A stretch of DNA of 64,000 bases, from the NCBI GenBank assembly GCA_002269645.1, contig NIVC01000704.1:79692-143691 (forward strand), given 5' to 3'. Position numbers and translations under genes: made by a program. Within the stretch, counting starts at the first letter, position 1; each line of letters starts with the position of its first letter. A model generated the notes under the pieces. The model ran no database searches, was not told the DNA's origin, and saw nothing but the letters and a program-made list of their open reading frames with translations. Below, piece by piece: positions 44,193 through 57,967 of the stretch. This DNA is from Macrostomum lignano. Lineage: Eukaryota.

Positions 44193-47148
44193 ATGGGGAA
44201 GTCGTCAAGCAAGCTGAGCAGCAAGGAGAGCCGCTTCCTCATGGAGGTCTACAGCTGTAAGTGTCACGATTCTGTCATGGCTGCAATTCTAGGCCTACCT
44301 AACTCGTATGCTGAACTCGTTGTCCACCCACGCGTTGAACCTCCCGCAGTGACGGACGAGCAGCTGGACGAAGTCTACCGAGATTTCAGGGCTCGAGCGG
44401 GGAAGAAAAACTATCTTGATTTTGAGGTGAGAGGGCGCGAGTGGGAAACGGGGGGAAATGGATGGGAGAGAGGGGAGAGAGAGGCAGGCGGAGAGAGGCA
44501 GGCGGAGAGAGGCAGGCGGAGAGAGGCAGGCGGAGAGAGAGAGGCAGGTGGAGAGAGGCAGGTGGAGAGAGAGGCAGGCGGAGAGAGGCAAGCGGAGAGA
44601 GAGAGGCAGGTGGAGAGAGAGGCAGGTGGAGAGAGAGGCAGGTGGAGAGAGAGGCAGGTGGAGAGAGAGGCAGGTGGAGAGAGAGGCAGGCGGAGAGAGG
44701 CAGGCGGAGAGAGAGGCAGGCGGAGAGAGAGGCAGGTGGAGAGAGAGGCAGGCGGAGAGAGAGGCAGGTGGAGAGAGAGGCAGGTGGAGAGAGAGGCAGG
44801 TGGAGAGAGAGGCAGGTGGAGAGAGAGGCAGGTGGAGAGAGAGGCAGGTGGAGAGAGAGGCAGGTGGAGAGAGAGGCAGGTGGAGAGAGAGGCAGGTGGA
44901 GAGAGAGGCAGGTGGAGAGAGAGGCAGGTGGAGAGAGAGGCACGTGGAGAGAGGCAGGCGGAGAGAGAGAGAGGCAGGTGGAGAGAGAGGCAGGTGGAGA
45001 GAGGCAGGTGGAGAGAGAGGCAGGCGGAGAGAGGCAGGCGGAGAGAGAGAGGCAGGTGGAGAGAGAGGCAGGCGGAGAGAGGCAGGCGGAGAGAGAGAGG
45101 CAGGTGGAGAGAGAGGCAGGCGGAGAGAGGCAGGTGGAGAGAGGCAGGCGGAGAGAGGCAGGCGGAGAGAGGCAGGCAGAGAGAGAGGGAAAGGAAAGTT
45201 TCTAAAGTAAAAACACTATATATAGAAGTAGCAATGTCCACAGCTCATTTAGTTGCTAAAATATTCTAGTACCTGTGCTTAAATATTACAGTAAGATAGA
45301 GATGTGGAGAGTGGAGTTCCGGTGGAAGCTTACAGCATCAATAGCATGCATAATGTCGTAATGCAGGATTTTCGTGCTCTCTACTCGGGATCGCGATTTG
45401 AGCATGACGTGTCGGATCAACTGGCCGTCTTCCGGGCGCTCGCCGACTCGGAACGGCTCACGCTAGCCGGCTATGTACGTCTCTGCCAGCTCAGCCAGTC
45501 GGCAGGCAGCGGGCCCGACCCCGAGAGGTTGCGTGGTAAGCGGGGTGGGTGCAGCAGGAAGTGGGGTGTGTGCGGCAGGGAGTGGGGTGCGGCAGGGAGT
45601 GGGGTGGGTGCGGCAGGGAGTGGGGTGGGTGCGGCAGGGAGTGGGGTGGGTGCGGCAGGGAGTGGGGTGGGTGCGGCAGGGAGTGGGGTGGGTGCGGCAG
45701 GGAGTGGGGTGGGTGCGGCAGGGAGTGGGGTGGGTGTGGCAGGGAGTGGGGTGGGTGCGGCAGGGAGTGGGGTGGGTGCGGCAGGGAGTGGGGTGGTGCG
45801 GCAGGGAGTGGGGTGGGTGCGGCAGGGAGTGGGGTGGGTGCGGCAGGGAGTGGGGTGGGTGCGGCAGGGAGTGGGGTGGGTGCGGCAGGGAGTGGGGTAG
45901 GTAGATGTCTCAAGAGAGAAAGTTGCTGCTTGTGGCCGAGGTTGAGGAAGTGCCTGTCTTTGAAATTGAGGTGGTGGGCCAGTCAGTAATTTCCTGAGAA
46001 AAATATTATATTTTCACTACTGTCGCACTGTCGTGCTACACAAGTGAAATTATTAATGAAGATCACCGAGTAAGCAAAATTGCTCATTAAACGAAAATAG
46101 CTTTGCCTGCAAAAAAATCTTCAACTAGCTACTGTCAGTAGCAAGCAAAGGATGATGAGTCCACAAACTGCCAAATTTTTTCCAGTTCTGTTCTCGGTGA
46201 TGGACGAGGACCAAAGCGGCACGATCTCAGAAGACGAGTTCTGCCGGTTTCTCGCTAACTTTGTAGACGACGAGACCACTATGCAGAACTTCTTTGCCAG
46301 GGCTGACGAGGTGAGCGGTCATTGGGAAATGTAAATAGACAGCGGAAAGTGGAAACAGACAATGGGAAGCGGAAACAGACAAATGGGAAGCGGAAACAGA
46401 CAAATGGGAAGCGGAAACAGACAAATGGGAAGCGGAAACAGACAAATGGGAAGCAGAAACAGACAATGGGAAGCGGAAACAGACAATGGGAAGCGGAAAC
46501 AGACTATGGGAAGCGGAACCAGAGAATGGGAAGCAGAAACAGACTATGGGAAGCAGAAACAGACAAATGGGAAGCAGAAACAGACAATGGGAAGCGGGAA
46601 CAGACAATGGGAAACGGAAACAGATTATGGGAAGCGAAACAGACTATGGGAAGCGGAAACAGACAATGGGAAGCGGAAACAGACTATGGGAAGCGGAAAC
46701 AGACTATGGGAAGCGGAAACAGACTATGGGAAGCGGAAACAGACAATGAGAAGCGGGAACAGACAATGGGAAACGGAAACAGATTATGGGAAGCGAAACA
46801 GACAAATGGGAAGCGGAAACAGACAATGGGAAGCGGAAACAGACTATGGGAAGCGGAAACAAACAATGGGAAGCGGAAACAGACAATGGGAAGTGGAAAC
46901 AGACAATGGAAAGCGGAAACAGACAATGGGAAGCGGAAGAAGTGGAAGAAGCGGTCCGAAAGCTTCAAGCTCTCATGGGAGCAACAGTAAAACGAGAAAA
47001 GATCAAGACACATTCGTTACATTCCCGCAATTTTCCCGCGCAGGACAAAAGCAAGCTGATCTACTTCCACGAATTTGCCAAATTCTGCCGCAAGCACCGG
47101 CGCGCCTTCCGCCTGATGTGCGCCTACGTGTTCCCTCAGGTGCGATGA
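44193..47148 (+). CDS. N-myristoylated EF-hand calcium-binding protein (NCS/calcineurin-B-like), 179 aa, 5 exons
   Basis: Exons 44193-44256, 44350-44426, 45367-45535, 46186-46310 and 47044-47148; GT-AG and phase-consistent. Starts MGKSSSKLS (MGxxxS myristoylation motif, as in NCS-1 MGKSNSKL). Canonical EF loop DEDQSGTISEDE. A second loop DE|DKSKLIYFHE is split by an intron. Confidence 0.8.
44470..45185. repeat. Intronic minisatellite, ~16-bp unit GAGAGAGAGGCAGG(T/C)G
   Basis: EF-hand gene intron 2. Confidence 0.95.
45570..45898. repeat. Intronic G-rich minisatellite, 21-bp unit GGGTGCGGCAGGGAGTGGGGT
   Basis: EF-hand gene intron 3. Confidence 0.95.
46345..46940. repeat. Intronic minisatellite, 20-21-bp unit GACAATGGGAAGCGGAAACA
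   Basis: EF-hand gene intron 4. Confidence 0.95.
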
Positions 47149-47872
47149 GGCGTCCCGTCAGTCGCTTCAGCTTTTTTGCTCAGGACTGCTGAGTTGCTTG
47201 ACTTTGATTGACATCCTTCAAGCCTCAGATATTAGACTTATAGTTACAACTAGAGCTCAGCCTTCATATTTCTCTGTGTGATTAACATTTTATATACTAT
47301 TTTTATTGCGTCATATACATGTATGGAGTAACTTTTATGGCAGTCAGTGTTTACAGTCACACGATCAATGTGTTCTCTGCGTACTGAGCTTGGGTTGAAG
47401 TTCACCAATAAAATATTGGTATACAACTGCATGTACCTCAGGTTACAGACAAAGATTCGACAATGCATAGCTCGAGCTGGTACGAGTATCGCTATGTATT
47501 TGATATATATTTTTATTATAGTAAAGTCCGCGCATTTGGCAAGGTAACCGCTGAGCTCTTGAGTGTCAGATTAGTTCGAAAATATAATTATAACAATTCG
47601 AAAAAAAGCTTATTGAGAAATAGGTAACAGAAAAAACCTTGAATCTATTTACAAGGGAGCAGTGCATGCTGAGACAGCAGTGGAGAAATAATAAGCATTT
47701 AATGACAGAAAAAGAGACTCAAAAGCAGAAAATTGCAAACAAACCAGCCGCTCAGAGTCCGTGGCTTTCTTGGAATACGACAGCGATTCGTCAGTGAAAA
47801 AATCGATACTCTCGCGCATCAATGGAAAGGATTAATTTTTATTGGGGATACTCAAATAAAAGTGCAGCCCAG

Positions 47873-50800
47873 TCAGAGGCAGTTGGCCGGCTGGCACAGC
47901 TGGTGCTGGTGCTGGTAGTACGGAGAGGCTGGCAGCTCGGAGTCGCCATTGGCTGCGGCGGCAGCTGCAGCGGCAGCGGCTGCAGCCGCGGCAGCCAGAA
48001 GGTCCGGTTGTTGTTGCTGCTGCTGCTGCTGCTGTTGATCCGTTGATACCACCGGGTAGCCGGGGGCGCCCCAGTGGTAGGCGGCGGCGGCAGCGGCGGA
48101 GACACCCGGGTAGCCTCCATATGCGGCGAAGTTGGTCGCCATTTGCTGCTGCTGCTGCTGCTGCTGCACTGGGTAACCGCAGCTCTGATCCGGCTGCGGG
48201 AACGCCTGCTGCTGCTGCTGGTACCACTGGCTGTAATCAAACAGGTGCAGCTGCTGTTGCTGCTGCTGCTGCTGCTGCTCGTCCAAGCCAACAGGCGAGT
48301 GGCACGCAAACTGGTGCAGCTGGTGGAACTGATGCTGCAACTGGTGATGCTGCGGGTACAGCTGCTGCTGCTGCTGCTGCTGCTGCTGTGCCTCCGCTTC
48401 CAGCTCTGCGTCAGCCTCGGCCTTAGACGGAGTGATGCAGAGTTGCGGATGCTGGCTCTGCGGCAGCTGCAGCTGGCAGGCGGCCAGGCCCAAGCCTGGC
48501 GAGTCCGCCTGCACAGAGTAGCAGCCAGCGAGGCCGAACGGAGCCTTCTCTGCCGCCGCCTCCATCCCGGTCACGTGACCAGATTTGCGCCGGAAGCCGC
48601 GCGGTCGCCGCCGGTAGCTGCCATCCTCCAGGATGAACTCCGCCTGCTGGTCGATGGTCCAGTAGTGACCTTTGCCGGGGCGGCCGACTCCTGCTGGGGC
48701 GGCGGGGTGGTTGGTGCTGAGCTGGCTTTGGGATTTTTGGAGGATGGGGATTTGGGTGTTGAGGGATGGGGATGTGGGATTTGAGGGGATGAATTTGTGA
48801 GAGCTGAGGGGGATGTGGGATTTGGAGGGATGGGGATTTGGGAGATGAGTGGATAAGGATGTGAGAGTTGAGGGATGGGGATTTGGGAGTTGAGTGGATG
48901 GGGAGTTGGGATTTGAACGGATTGGGATGTGAGAGTTGAGGGGATAAGGAGTTGGGAGTTGAGAGGATGGGGATTTTGGAGTTGAGGGGATGGGGATTTG
49001 GGAGTTGTGTGGATGGGGATTTGGGATTTGAGGGGATGGGGATGTGAAAGTTGAGGGGATTGGGACATGGGAGTTGAGGCAACACTGCTAAACGATTTGA
49101 AATTTACAACCAAAAGGCTGTCAAGGATCAAAGTGCTAAAAAATCCCCTAAAGGCTAGATGTCCCTCCACTATAAGGGTGTTTTTAAAAACGCAGTAATA
49201 TCGCTCCAACCCATCCCCGGGGCTGTCACGGGTTGATGGCGCGCCTGTCCCCGCGGCATCACGCACTCGGACACTGTCCCGAATGTCGAATCCAAGTCGC
49301 AGATGGGCCGCCTTCCGCCCCACACCTGACTGCCGCAGCCCCCCCTCCCTAATCTCCCGCGCAACGCAAATCTGCAACAATTGGATTCGAAGTTCGATGG
49401 TATCTGCGCTGCCGCCACTTCGCTAATGGGGATGGGGGGGTTGCGCGGACCCACTCGACTTCTCGAGTTGCTGTGCCGAGCTGAGGGGCGGCCGAGGGCC
49501 GGCCAGCTGCGGCGGCGCCCCGGCGAGCGGCGTTTATTTTGCCTTGGGGAGCCCCGGCCTCCGCTGAGCCAAGGAGTCCCAGAACCCAAAGCCTGGAGTG
49601 GCAACTTGGGGGTCTGGAAATGAGGGCTAGCTTTGGCTGGAGCCGCAACTACTCCCCCAGTCTCCAGGCTCTGGTGTCAGCCTACAGTGGTCTGAAAATG
49701 GGGGTCAGGGCAGGAGCCGTCATTCCAGGCTCTGCAGTCAGCCTACGGTGGTCTGAAAATGGGGGTCAGGGCAGGAGCCGTCACTCCAGGCTCTGCAGTC
49801 AGACTACGGTGGTCTGAAAATGGGGGTCAGGGCAGGAGCCGTCACTCCAGGCTCTGCAGTCAGCCTACGGTGGTCTGAAAATGATGCTTTGATCAGAAGC
49901 CGTCACTCCAGAGGTCTGGTTGGTCCTCCTTGACTGTTACCAGAGTTGGGGGATGCTGAGACCGAGCCGGGATTGCACATGTGTTGCTAAGGGGAAATGA
50001 CGGGCCAGGGGGGGGGGACACGCATCGGGGGTCAGGAAGTTAGGAGAACCGACCCGGATGTCCGCCAAGATCCCAATCAGCAAACTGGCTCTGTTGCTTG
50101 CTTGATCTTGTTGCTTTTGTTGTCAGTCTGCTTTTTTTCTATTCGATTCGTTGCTTTAGGACTGAAAAACTCATTGCAAATCAGGGGTGAGATGCAGTAA
50201 AACTTGACACAGGCGGTTTGCAGACTCGATCAAGGCTTTTAGAATGGCTAATAGTATTGTTTTTTCATAACTTATTTATGTATTTTTGCAGGGACTTTTC
50301 ATATCCGGGTCTCCTTAATATAGCAAGCTCCAGCCAGGGAATATTCTACATATGTAGAGCATTCCCTGCTCCAGCCCACGAAGCCTCTGTCTATCTGGCC
50401 CTTTGAAACTTCACAATAGCATCCGGCCCGGTCATAGTTTGTGTCTCTTCTCAGATCTCCTCTCTCATCTCTTCTCCCCTCTCTCCGATCTTCTCTCGTC
50501 TCCCCTCTCTTCTCTCGTCTCCCCTCTCTTCTCTTTCCTCTATTCCCTCTTAACTCCTCTCTCCTCTCATCTCTTCTTTCATATCTCTCTCCTCTATTCC
50601 CTCTTAACTGCTCTCTCCTCTCTTCTCTTCTCTCACCTCTCTCTCTCTTCTATTCCCTCTCACCTCTCTCTCCTCTCTTCTCTTCTCTCACCTCTCTCTC
50701 TCTTCTATTCCCTCTCACCTCTCTCTCCTCTCTTCTCTTCTCTCACCTCTCTCTCTCTCTTCTATTCCCTCTCACCTCTCTCTCCTCTCTTCTCTTCTCT

Positions 50801-53800
50801 CACCTCTCTCTCTCTTCTATTCCCTCTCACCTCTCTCTCCTCTCTTCTCTTCTCTCACCTCTCTCTCTCTTCTATTCCCTCTCACCTCTCTCTCCTCTCT
50901 TCTCTTCCCTCACCTCTCTCTCTCTTATATTCCCTCTCACCTCTCTCTCTCTCTTCTCTTCTCTCACCTCTCTCTCTCTTCTATTCCCTCTCACCTCTCT
51001 CTCCTCTCTTCTCTTCTCTCACCTCTCTCTCTCTCTTCTATTCCCTCTTAACTCCTCTCTCTCCTCTATTCCCTCTTAACTCCTCTCTCTCCTCTGCGCT
51101 GCAGCCATGCGTTAGAATTCTTAATTGGCCCTTAAGTTAAAAACTTCGACCCTTGCTCAACCGTTTCAAAAGTTGGCTCGAAAATTCAAAGCGCCAAAAA
51201 ATCCTGAATCTGATCATCGGAATGGAATTTTTGGCATTTTGTGCTGTTTTTAAATTCAATAATCCATGCTCGTTCCAGGCTAAAAATGCCTGTGAACTGC
51301 CTGCATTTGAACTTAGCGACCAGTGCTTGTTGAGCACACTGACATGAGCAACTAAGACTCACCTTTCGGCATCTTGATGAAGCATTCGTTTAGCGACAGA
51401 TTGTGCCGCACCGAGTTCTTCCAGCCCTGGTACTGGCCGCGGAAGAAGTCGAAATTCTCCTGCAGGTACTGGTAGATCTCAGCCAGGGTGCACCGCTTCT
51501 GCGGCGACGCCTGGATGGCCATCACGATCAGCGCGATGTACGAGTACGGCGGCTTCTCGGCCCTGCGCCCGCCTGCCGGATGGGGAAGTGGATTGGGATT
51601 TGGATTGAATGGGTGGGATTGAATGGGTGGGATTGAACGAGTGGGATTGAATGGATGGGATTGAGTGGTGGGATTGAGTGGGTGGGATTGAGTGGGTGGG
51701 ATTGAATGGGTGGAATTGAGTGGGTGGGATTGAGTGGGTGGAATTGAGTGGGTGGGATTGAGTGGGTGGGATTGAGTGGGTGGGATTGAGTGGGTGGGAT
51801 TGAGTGGGTGGGATTGAGGGGGTGGGATTGAGTGGGTGGGATTGAGTGGGTGGGATTGAGTGGGTGGGATTGAGTGGGTGGGATTGAGTGGGTGGGATTG
51901 AGTGGGTGGGATTGAGTGGGTGGAATTGAGTGGGTGGGATTGAGTGGGTGGGATTGAGTGGGTGGGATTGAGTGGGTGGGATTGAGTGGGTGGGATTGAG
52001 GGGGTGGGATTGAGTGGGTGGGATTGAGTGGGTGGGATTGAGTGGGTGGGATTGAGTGGGTGGGATTGAGTGGGTGGGATTGAGTGGGTGGGATTGAGTG
52101 GGTGGGATTGAGTGGGTGGGATTGAGTGGGTGGGATTGAGTGAGTGGGATTGAATGGGTGGGATTGAGTGGGTGGGATTGAGTGGGTGGGATTCAGTGTG
52201 TGGGATTCAGTGGGGGGACATTATAAGTATGAAATGTGTGGCCTGATCTGCCCTGACTGATGTCCGCAATGCAGATGGACCGGGCAGAACCAAGCTGACC
52301 CTATCAAATTTCACCCGTGAGAGAGCGGCGCAGAATGCCTGCTGGGGGATGGGGGACATTGTTGTGCTTCTATATTAGTCAAATTTAATTTATTGCACAA
52401 ATTTCTGAGCCCCGAACGACCGGAAACGGTCAGCAGATTCTGCAGCTGCGATACCGGCATTCAAACAGTTGCCATGCAGTCGCTGGGCGGAGGTTGGCAA
52501 GAAATTCGACAGGAAAAGTGACGGAGAATTGTTGGGGGGCAGCAGAGAGATGCCAAATCAGTGAGCAGTCAGTCAGTTCGGGCCCAGCTTATCAGCTGCA
52601 CCGATCTGGCTGAAATTCTGGCCCGTGCGAAATTTCTCAGCGCCAAAGGCTCGCGGCGGCTGCGGATGCCCTGCAGCTGCGCTGATAACAGCGGAGGGGA
52701 GGCCACTGCAGCATTTCCTGTCCGCATGACTGCGACTGCTGCTGCCGGGAAATTATCGCTTGCAGAATCTGTTCGATGCTCACTTCCTTTCATGCGGCCG
52801 CGTGACCAACCCCCCGCCTCTCACTCACTCACTCACTCCCTCACTCACTCACTGACTCCCTCACTCACTGACTCCCTCACTCACTCCCTCACTCACACAC
52901 TCACTCACTCACTCACTCACTCACTCACTCGCTCCCTCACTCACTGACTCCCTCACTCACTCCCTCACTCACACACTCACTCACTCACTCACTCACTCAC
53001 TCACTCGCTCCCTCACTCACTCACTCACTCACTCACTCCCTCACTCACTCACTCACTCACTCCCTCACTCACTCACTCACTCACTCCCTCATGGACTCAC
53101 TCATGAACTCATGAACTCACTCATGAACTCATGAACTCACTCATGAACTCATGAAATCACTCATGAACTCATGAAATCACTCATGAACTCACTCATGAAC
53201 TCATGAAATCACTCATGAACTCATGAAATCACTCATGAACTCACTCATGAACTCATGAAATCACTCATGAACTCATGAACTCACTCATGAACTCGTGAAC
53301 TAATGAACTCATGAACTCACTCATGAACTCACTCATGAACTCATGAAATCACTCATGAACTCATGAACTCACTCATGAACTCATGAACTCACTCATGAAC
53401 TCACTCATGAACTCACTCATGAACTCATGAACTCACTCATGAACTCATGAACACACTCGCATGCTCACTCATTTCCCTCTGCCTCCTCAACTGCAATTCA
53501 GGACGCCTGAACAGTGCATCCCCTTTCCAAAATTAAATGAGAATAGTCAGGCCGCCCTGGCTGGCTGTGAATTACAGGCCTTGATTTGCTCATTCACGAA
53601 TGAAAGTCAGAAAGCCAGACTGTGAAAAAAGCTCATAATACTGGGTCAAGGCCCCAGTAAGCCTTTTGCAGCCTTCTGCGCCGAGGTGCCGTTGAAATGC
53701 TAAACTGACTGTCTCACTGTGTGAGAGGCCCGCGTGGGACGCCCTGCTGCGAGCTCTGAAAGACGAGACACTGCGGCCGCGCCCGATATTCGAAACAGAG

Positions 53801-56206
53801 CCGCAGTGGGAGGGGATATCGAATTCTCCGGCGGCGACTCCCCGCCGAGTTTCAGGCTCGAATGCGGGGGGGGGACGGGGGGTTCCGCATGCATAATGAG
53901 GCGAATTATTTTTCTTGCTGACAGGACCGAAAAATCTTGCGCAACCGAAGGCGCTCCTCGCTGGCGTTGCGCGCCTGCTGCGGGTGACTTTTTGCGGGAC
54001 AGCTGACCCGGTCCGTACTGCGCCTGCAACCTGCGGCTCTCTGCCATAGACATTCTGGCCCTCTGTCAGCTGTCATGAATCTGTCTGGGTGGCATTTTTG
54101 ACACAGCCATAATTCCTCTGACAGTCACGTCGCGCGGGATCTTCAGTTGTAGTTTTTTGTTAAAAACGCGAAAAAATTTGTCATGAAATTTTAGCTGAGA
54201 AGGACAGACAGGCGATCCCGGTCGGTCCTCGGAGTAACTTCTCCCGCTCGGCAGGGGTTCCCAAATCATTTTCAGCCCTTCAAAGCCAGGGGCCGCCCAG
54301 CGGGGAGGCGTCAAGAGGATGAAGAAGTGGGAGAAGTTTAGTGGCGGCAAAGTGGCCGTGAGAGAGCGAAGCCAAGTGTGCGGAGTCACTGATTTGGGCG
54401 GGCAAAGACAAGAAGGTCCTTGTTAGTCCCAAGTTGCTTTGCAATGCGATCCTTCTCTAATTATTGACTGCCTACACCACAACTTTCTGTCTGGTGGTAT
54501 CATGGTAGTAGAGCTGCATAATAGAGTCACATCACAGTCACATCACAGTCACATCGCAGTCACATCGCAGTCACATCACAGTCACATTGCAGTGACATCA
54601 CAGTGACATCACAGCCACATCACAGTCACATTGCAGTGACATCACAGTCACATCACAGTCACATCACAGTCACATCGCAGTCACATCACAGTCACATCAC
54701 AGTCACATCATAGTCACATCACAGTCACATCACAGTCACATTGCAGTGACATCACAGTGACATCACAGCCACATCACAGTCACATTGCAGTGACATCACA
54801 GTGAAATCACAGCCACATCACAGTCACATTGCAGTGACATCACAGTCACATCACAGTCACATTGCAGTGACATCACAGTCACATCACAGTCACATTGCAG
54901 TGACATCACAGTGACATCACAGCCACATCACAGTCACATTGCAGTGACATCACAGTGAAATCACAGCCACATCACAGTCACATTGCAGTGACATCACAGT
55001 CACATCACAGTCACATTGCAGTGACATCACAGTCACATCACAGTCACATTGCAGTGACATCACAGACACGCCTCGAGCAATTTCACAAGCACATTATTGC
55101 CATCTATTATCAATAGCAAAGAAATCTGCCACTCACCTGACTGCACCTGGGCCTGGCCGCCAGCTTTCCTCCCGCTGCACTGCTGCTGCTGGCCCTTCTC
55201 GCCTTCGCTGTCCGTGGCGCCGCCGCTGACACCGCCAGCTGCTCCCGCGACGTGGCCGCTGTCGTCCGCGTGTCCGAGGCCGCTGTCCGCACCTGAGCTG
55301 TTCGCCACCTCCTCGTGGAAGGCGGCGACGCCAGCGGCGGCAGCAGCGGCACCGGCGGTGGCACTGGTGACGACTGCGGACTGCTGAGCGGCCGCGGCCG
55401 AGGAGATGCCCGAAGGGGAGTCCCAGGGCTGGCCCGGGCAGGCGATCAGCAGGGTGGCGGATTCGTGCGACCGCGGCAGCTGCAGCTGCTGGTGCTGCGG
55501 ACTACCGGCGCTGATTGGCGAGGCGAAGCCTGCGAATGAATGCGAAATGGCCTCCTTAGCTTCTTAGCTTGGCCTCCTTAGATTCTTAGCTTGGCCTCCT
55601 TAGCTTCTTAGCTTGGCCTCCTTAGCTTCTTAGCTTGGCCTCCTTAGCTTCTTAGCTTGGCCTCCTTAGCTTCTTAGCTTGGCCTCCTTAGCTTCTTAGC
55701 TTGGCCTCCTTAGATTCTTAGCATGGCCTCATTAGATTCTTAGCTTGGCCTCCTTAGCTTCTTAGCTTGGCCTCCTTAGCTTCTTAGCTTGGCCTCCTTA
55801 GCTTCTTAGCTTGGCCTCCTTAGATTCTTAGCTTGGCCTCCTTAGCTTCTTAGCTTGGCCTCCTTAGATTCTTAGCTTGGCCTCTTATATTCTTAACATG
55901 GCCTCATTAGCTTCTTAATTTCATAATTTGAGGACTTTTCGAATTATCCCCACTCCATATATCTTCTTTTAGCCTAAAAGATTCGAGGGAATTTTCCAAG
56001 AAGTACTCATCTCGAAGGCTGGAGAATGAACTACATCATGAGACGGTGGAGATTCCCACGGCAAACTTACGGTGCAGATAGCTCGATTGCTGCTGCTGCA
56101 GTTCGGCCGCGCAGACTCCGACCTCGTCATCTCCAATGCTTCGCAGAAGCAGAGGCATGTGCTGATGCTGTTGCAGAATCTGCTGGCTATCAATCGGAAG
56201 CTCCAT
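47873..56206 (-). CDS. FOXF1: Forkhead transcription factor FoxF, ~518 aa (502 aa if it starts at 56158), 4 exons
   Basis: Minus-strand exons 56206(or 56158)-56071, 55529-55137, 51572-51363 and 48690-47873, all phase 1 and GT-AG. The forkhead domain reads [68 protein letters not shown]|[36 protein letters not shown], which carries the FoxF-diagnostic [20 protein letters not shown] and [10 protein letters not shown]. Exon 1 is the least certain. Confidence 0.9.
48740..49075. repeat. Degenerate intronic repeat GG(G/A)ATGGGGATTTGGGAGTTGAG
   Basis: At the 3' end of FoxF intron 3. Confidence 0.85.
49678..49908. repeat. 61-bp tandem repeat, ~3.5 copies
   Basis: CAGCCTACGGTGGTCTGAAAATGGGGGTCAGGGCAGGAGCCGTCACTCCAGGCTCTGCAGT starting at 49678, 49739, 49800 and 49861. 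Confidence 0.9.
50455..51095. repeat. CT-rich minisatellite (CTCTCTCTTCTATTCCCTCTCAC-type units)
   Basis: FoxF intron 3. Confidence 0.9.
51590..52215. repeat. Intronic minisatellite, 14-bp unit GAGTGGGTGGGATT
   Basis: Abuts the acceptor of the FoxF forkhead exon. Confidence 0.95.
52820..53450. repeat. (CACT)n microsatellite grading into a CATGAACT(CACT) repeat
   Basis: The unit switches near 53090. FoxF intron 2. Confidence 0.9.
54525..55065. repeat. 11-bp minisatellite CACATCACAGT (with CACATTGCAGTGA variants)
   Basis: At the 5' end of FoxF intron 2. Confidence 0.95.
55549..55915. repeat. Intronic minisatellite, 22-bp unit CCTCCTTAGCTTCTTAGCTTGG
   Basis: FoxF intron 1 (55530-56070). Confidence 0.95.
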
Positions 56207-56560
56207 CGCTTATATAAAACAAGTTATATTGTGATTGTCCAAGCTGCTTATCTGTGTTAATTGTTTGGATTGCTTCTGCAGATTAGCGCTTTAACTCCCG
56301 GCCCTGGCGTCAGGATAAACTAAATTGCTGCTTCAGCTAACAGCAAGACTGGCTAAAATGCGAAATCGCTTGCTACAGGTGGACTTCGTAAACACAAAAC
56401 AAGAGTTGCAGAGGCGGGGGAGCGCGGCCGGTGCTGGCGGTGCGGAGCGCGGCTGTTTATTTCGTTTGCATGCCAACCCCTCTGGCTGCGCCGCCATTGG
56501 CTGGAGCTGACAACCAATCAGCGATCGCCTGTGCGATAGGCCAGTTTTTGGTATAGCCGG
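56207..56560 (-). promoter_or_regulatory. Candidate FoxF proximal promoter
   Basis: TATATAA at ~56210-56217, ~55 nt upstream of the 56158 ATG. Opposed CCAAT boxes (ATTGG ~56497, CCAAT ~56514) in CpG-rich sequence. Confidence 0.35.
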
Positions 56561-56669
56561 TTCCATAGAGTCGTTTGTATAATGAAACGGTAGAAATTTT
56601 AGGGGATTGTAAATCTTTTCAGTAAAACCATTGATTTTTGTAGAAAGAGAGCGTTCAATAGAGAAGGTT

Positions 56670-57195
<526 letters not shown>

Positions 57196-57967
57196 CATCA
57201 ACCCGCAATGAGGAGTGCAGTGTTGCAGTAAAATGAATTAACTGGATTTCTATTGGTAATTATTAAGTACACTTAACGCAAAACTTGTCTATAAGGTCGT
57301 CATAACTGTGCCAAGACGTCCTGAGCTCTCAACTCATAGCCGGGTACAAGTGGAGCAAAAATACATCACCGATATGTATCGAATATAATTTTTTAGCTCC
57401 AACAGGAGAGAACAACAGGGCAGGAATGAAGATCTATAATGAGACAAGGGAGAAGTAGACGTGAGAAAGAGGAGTGGAGCCGAGAGCATTGGAAGATACA
57501 CAGATCAGATGAAGGAATTGGAAGACAACAGGCTCCTGCCTGGCAACAATGCATAAACTCGAACTGTGCAACCAAAATGTTGAAACTTCAAAATAAACAG
57601 AAACAAAACAATTCTGTGCGAATCTCCAACGATTTTCCGCACTTCCTGTTCCTGGAAGTCAGGGCCCTGGCAACTTGGAGAGAGGGTGTGGGTGACAGTG
57701 GGTCTGTGCGGATGCAGAAGCTGTCAGGTTCTCATAAGACAGGCTTTCGGTTAGCGGAAGTTGAATCCCCAATATTGCTCCCTTTTACAACTCCTAGCCA
57801 GGCATGACGGGGAGCGGAAGTCATGGGGGACCCTCCGGTGAGGATGAAGCGAGGAAGCTGCTTTACTTCCTGTCTGGGGGCTTTCAGCGATTTATTTAGA
57901 ACTTCGCTAAAATAATAAGGACATAAATAATGTATAGTGCAGTGTATGCATCCGTGTTGGACAGATT

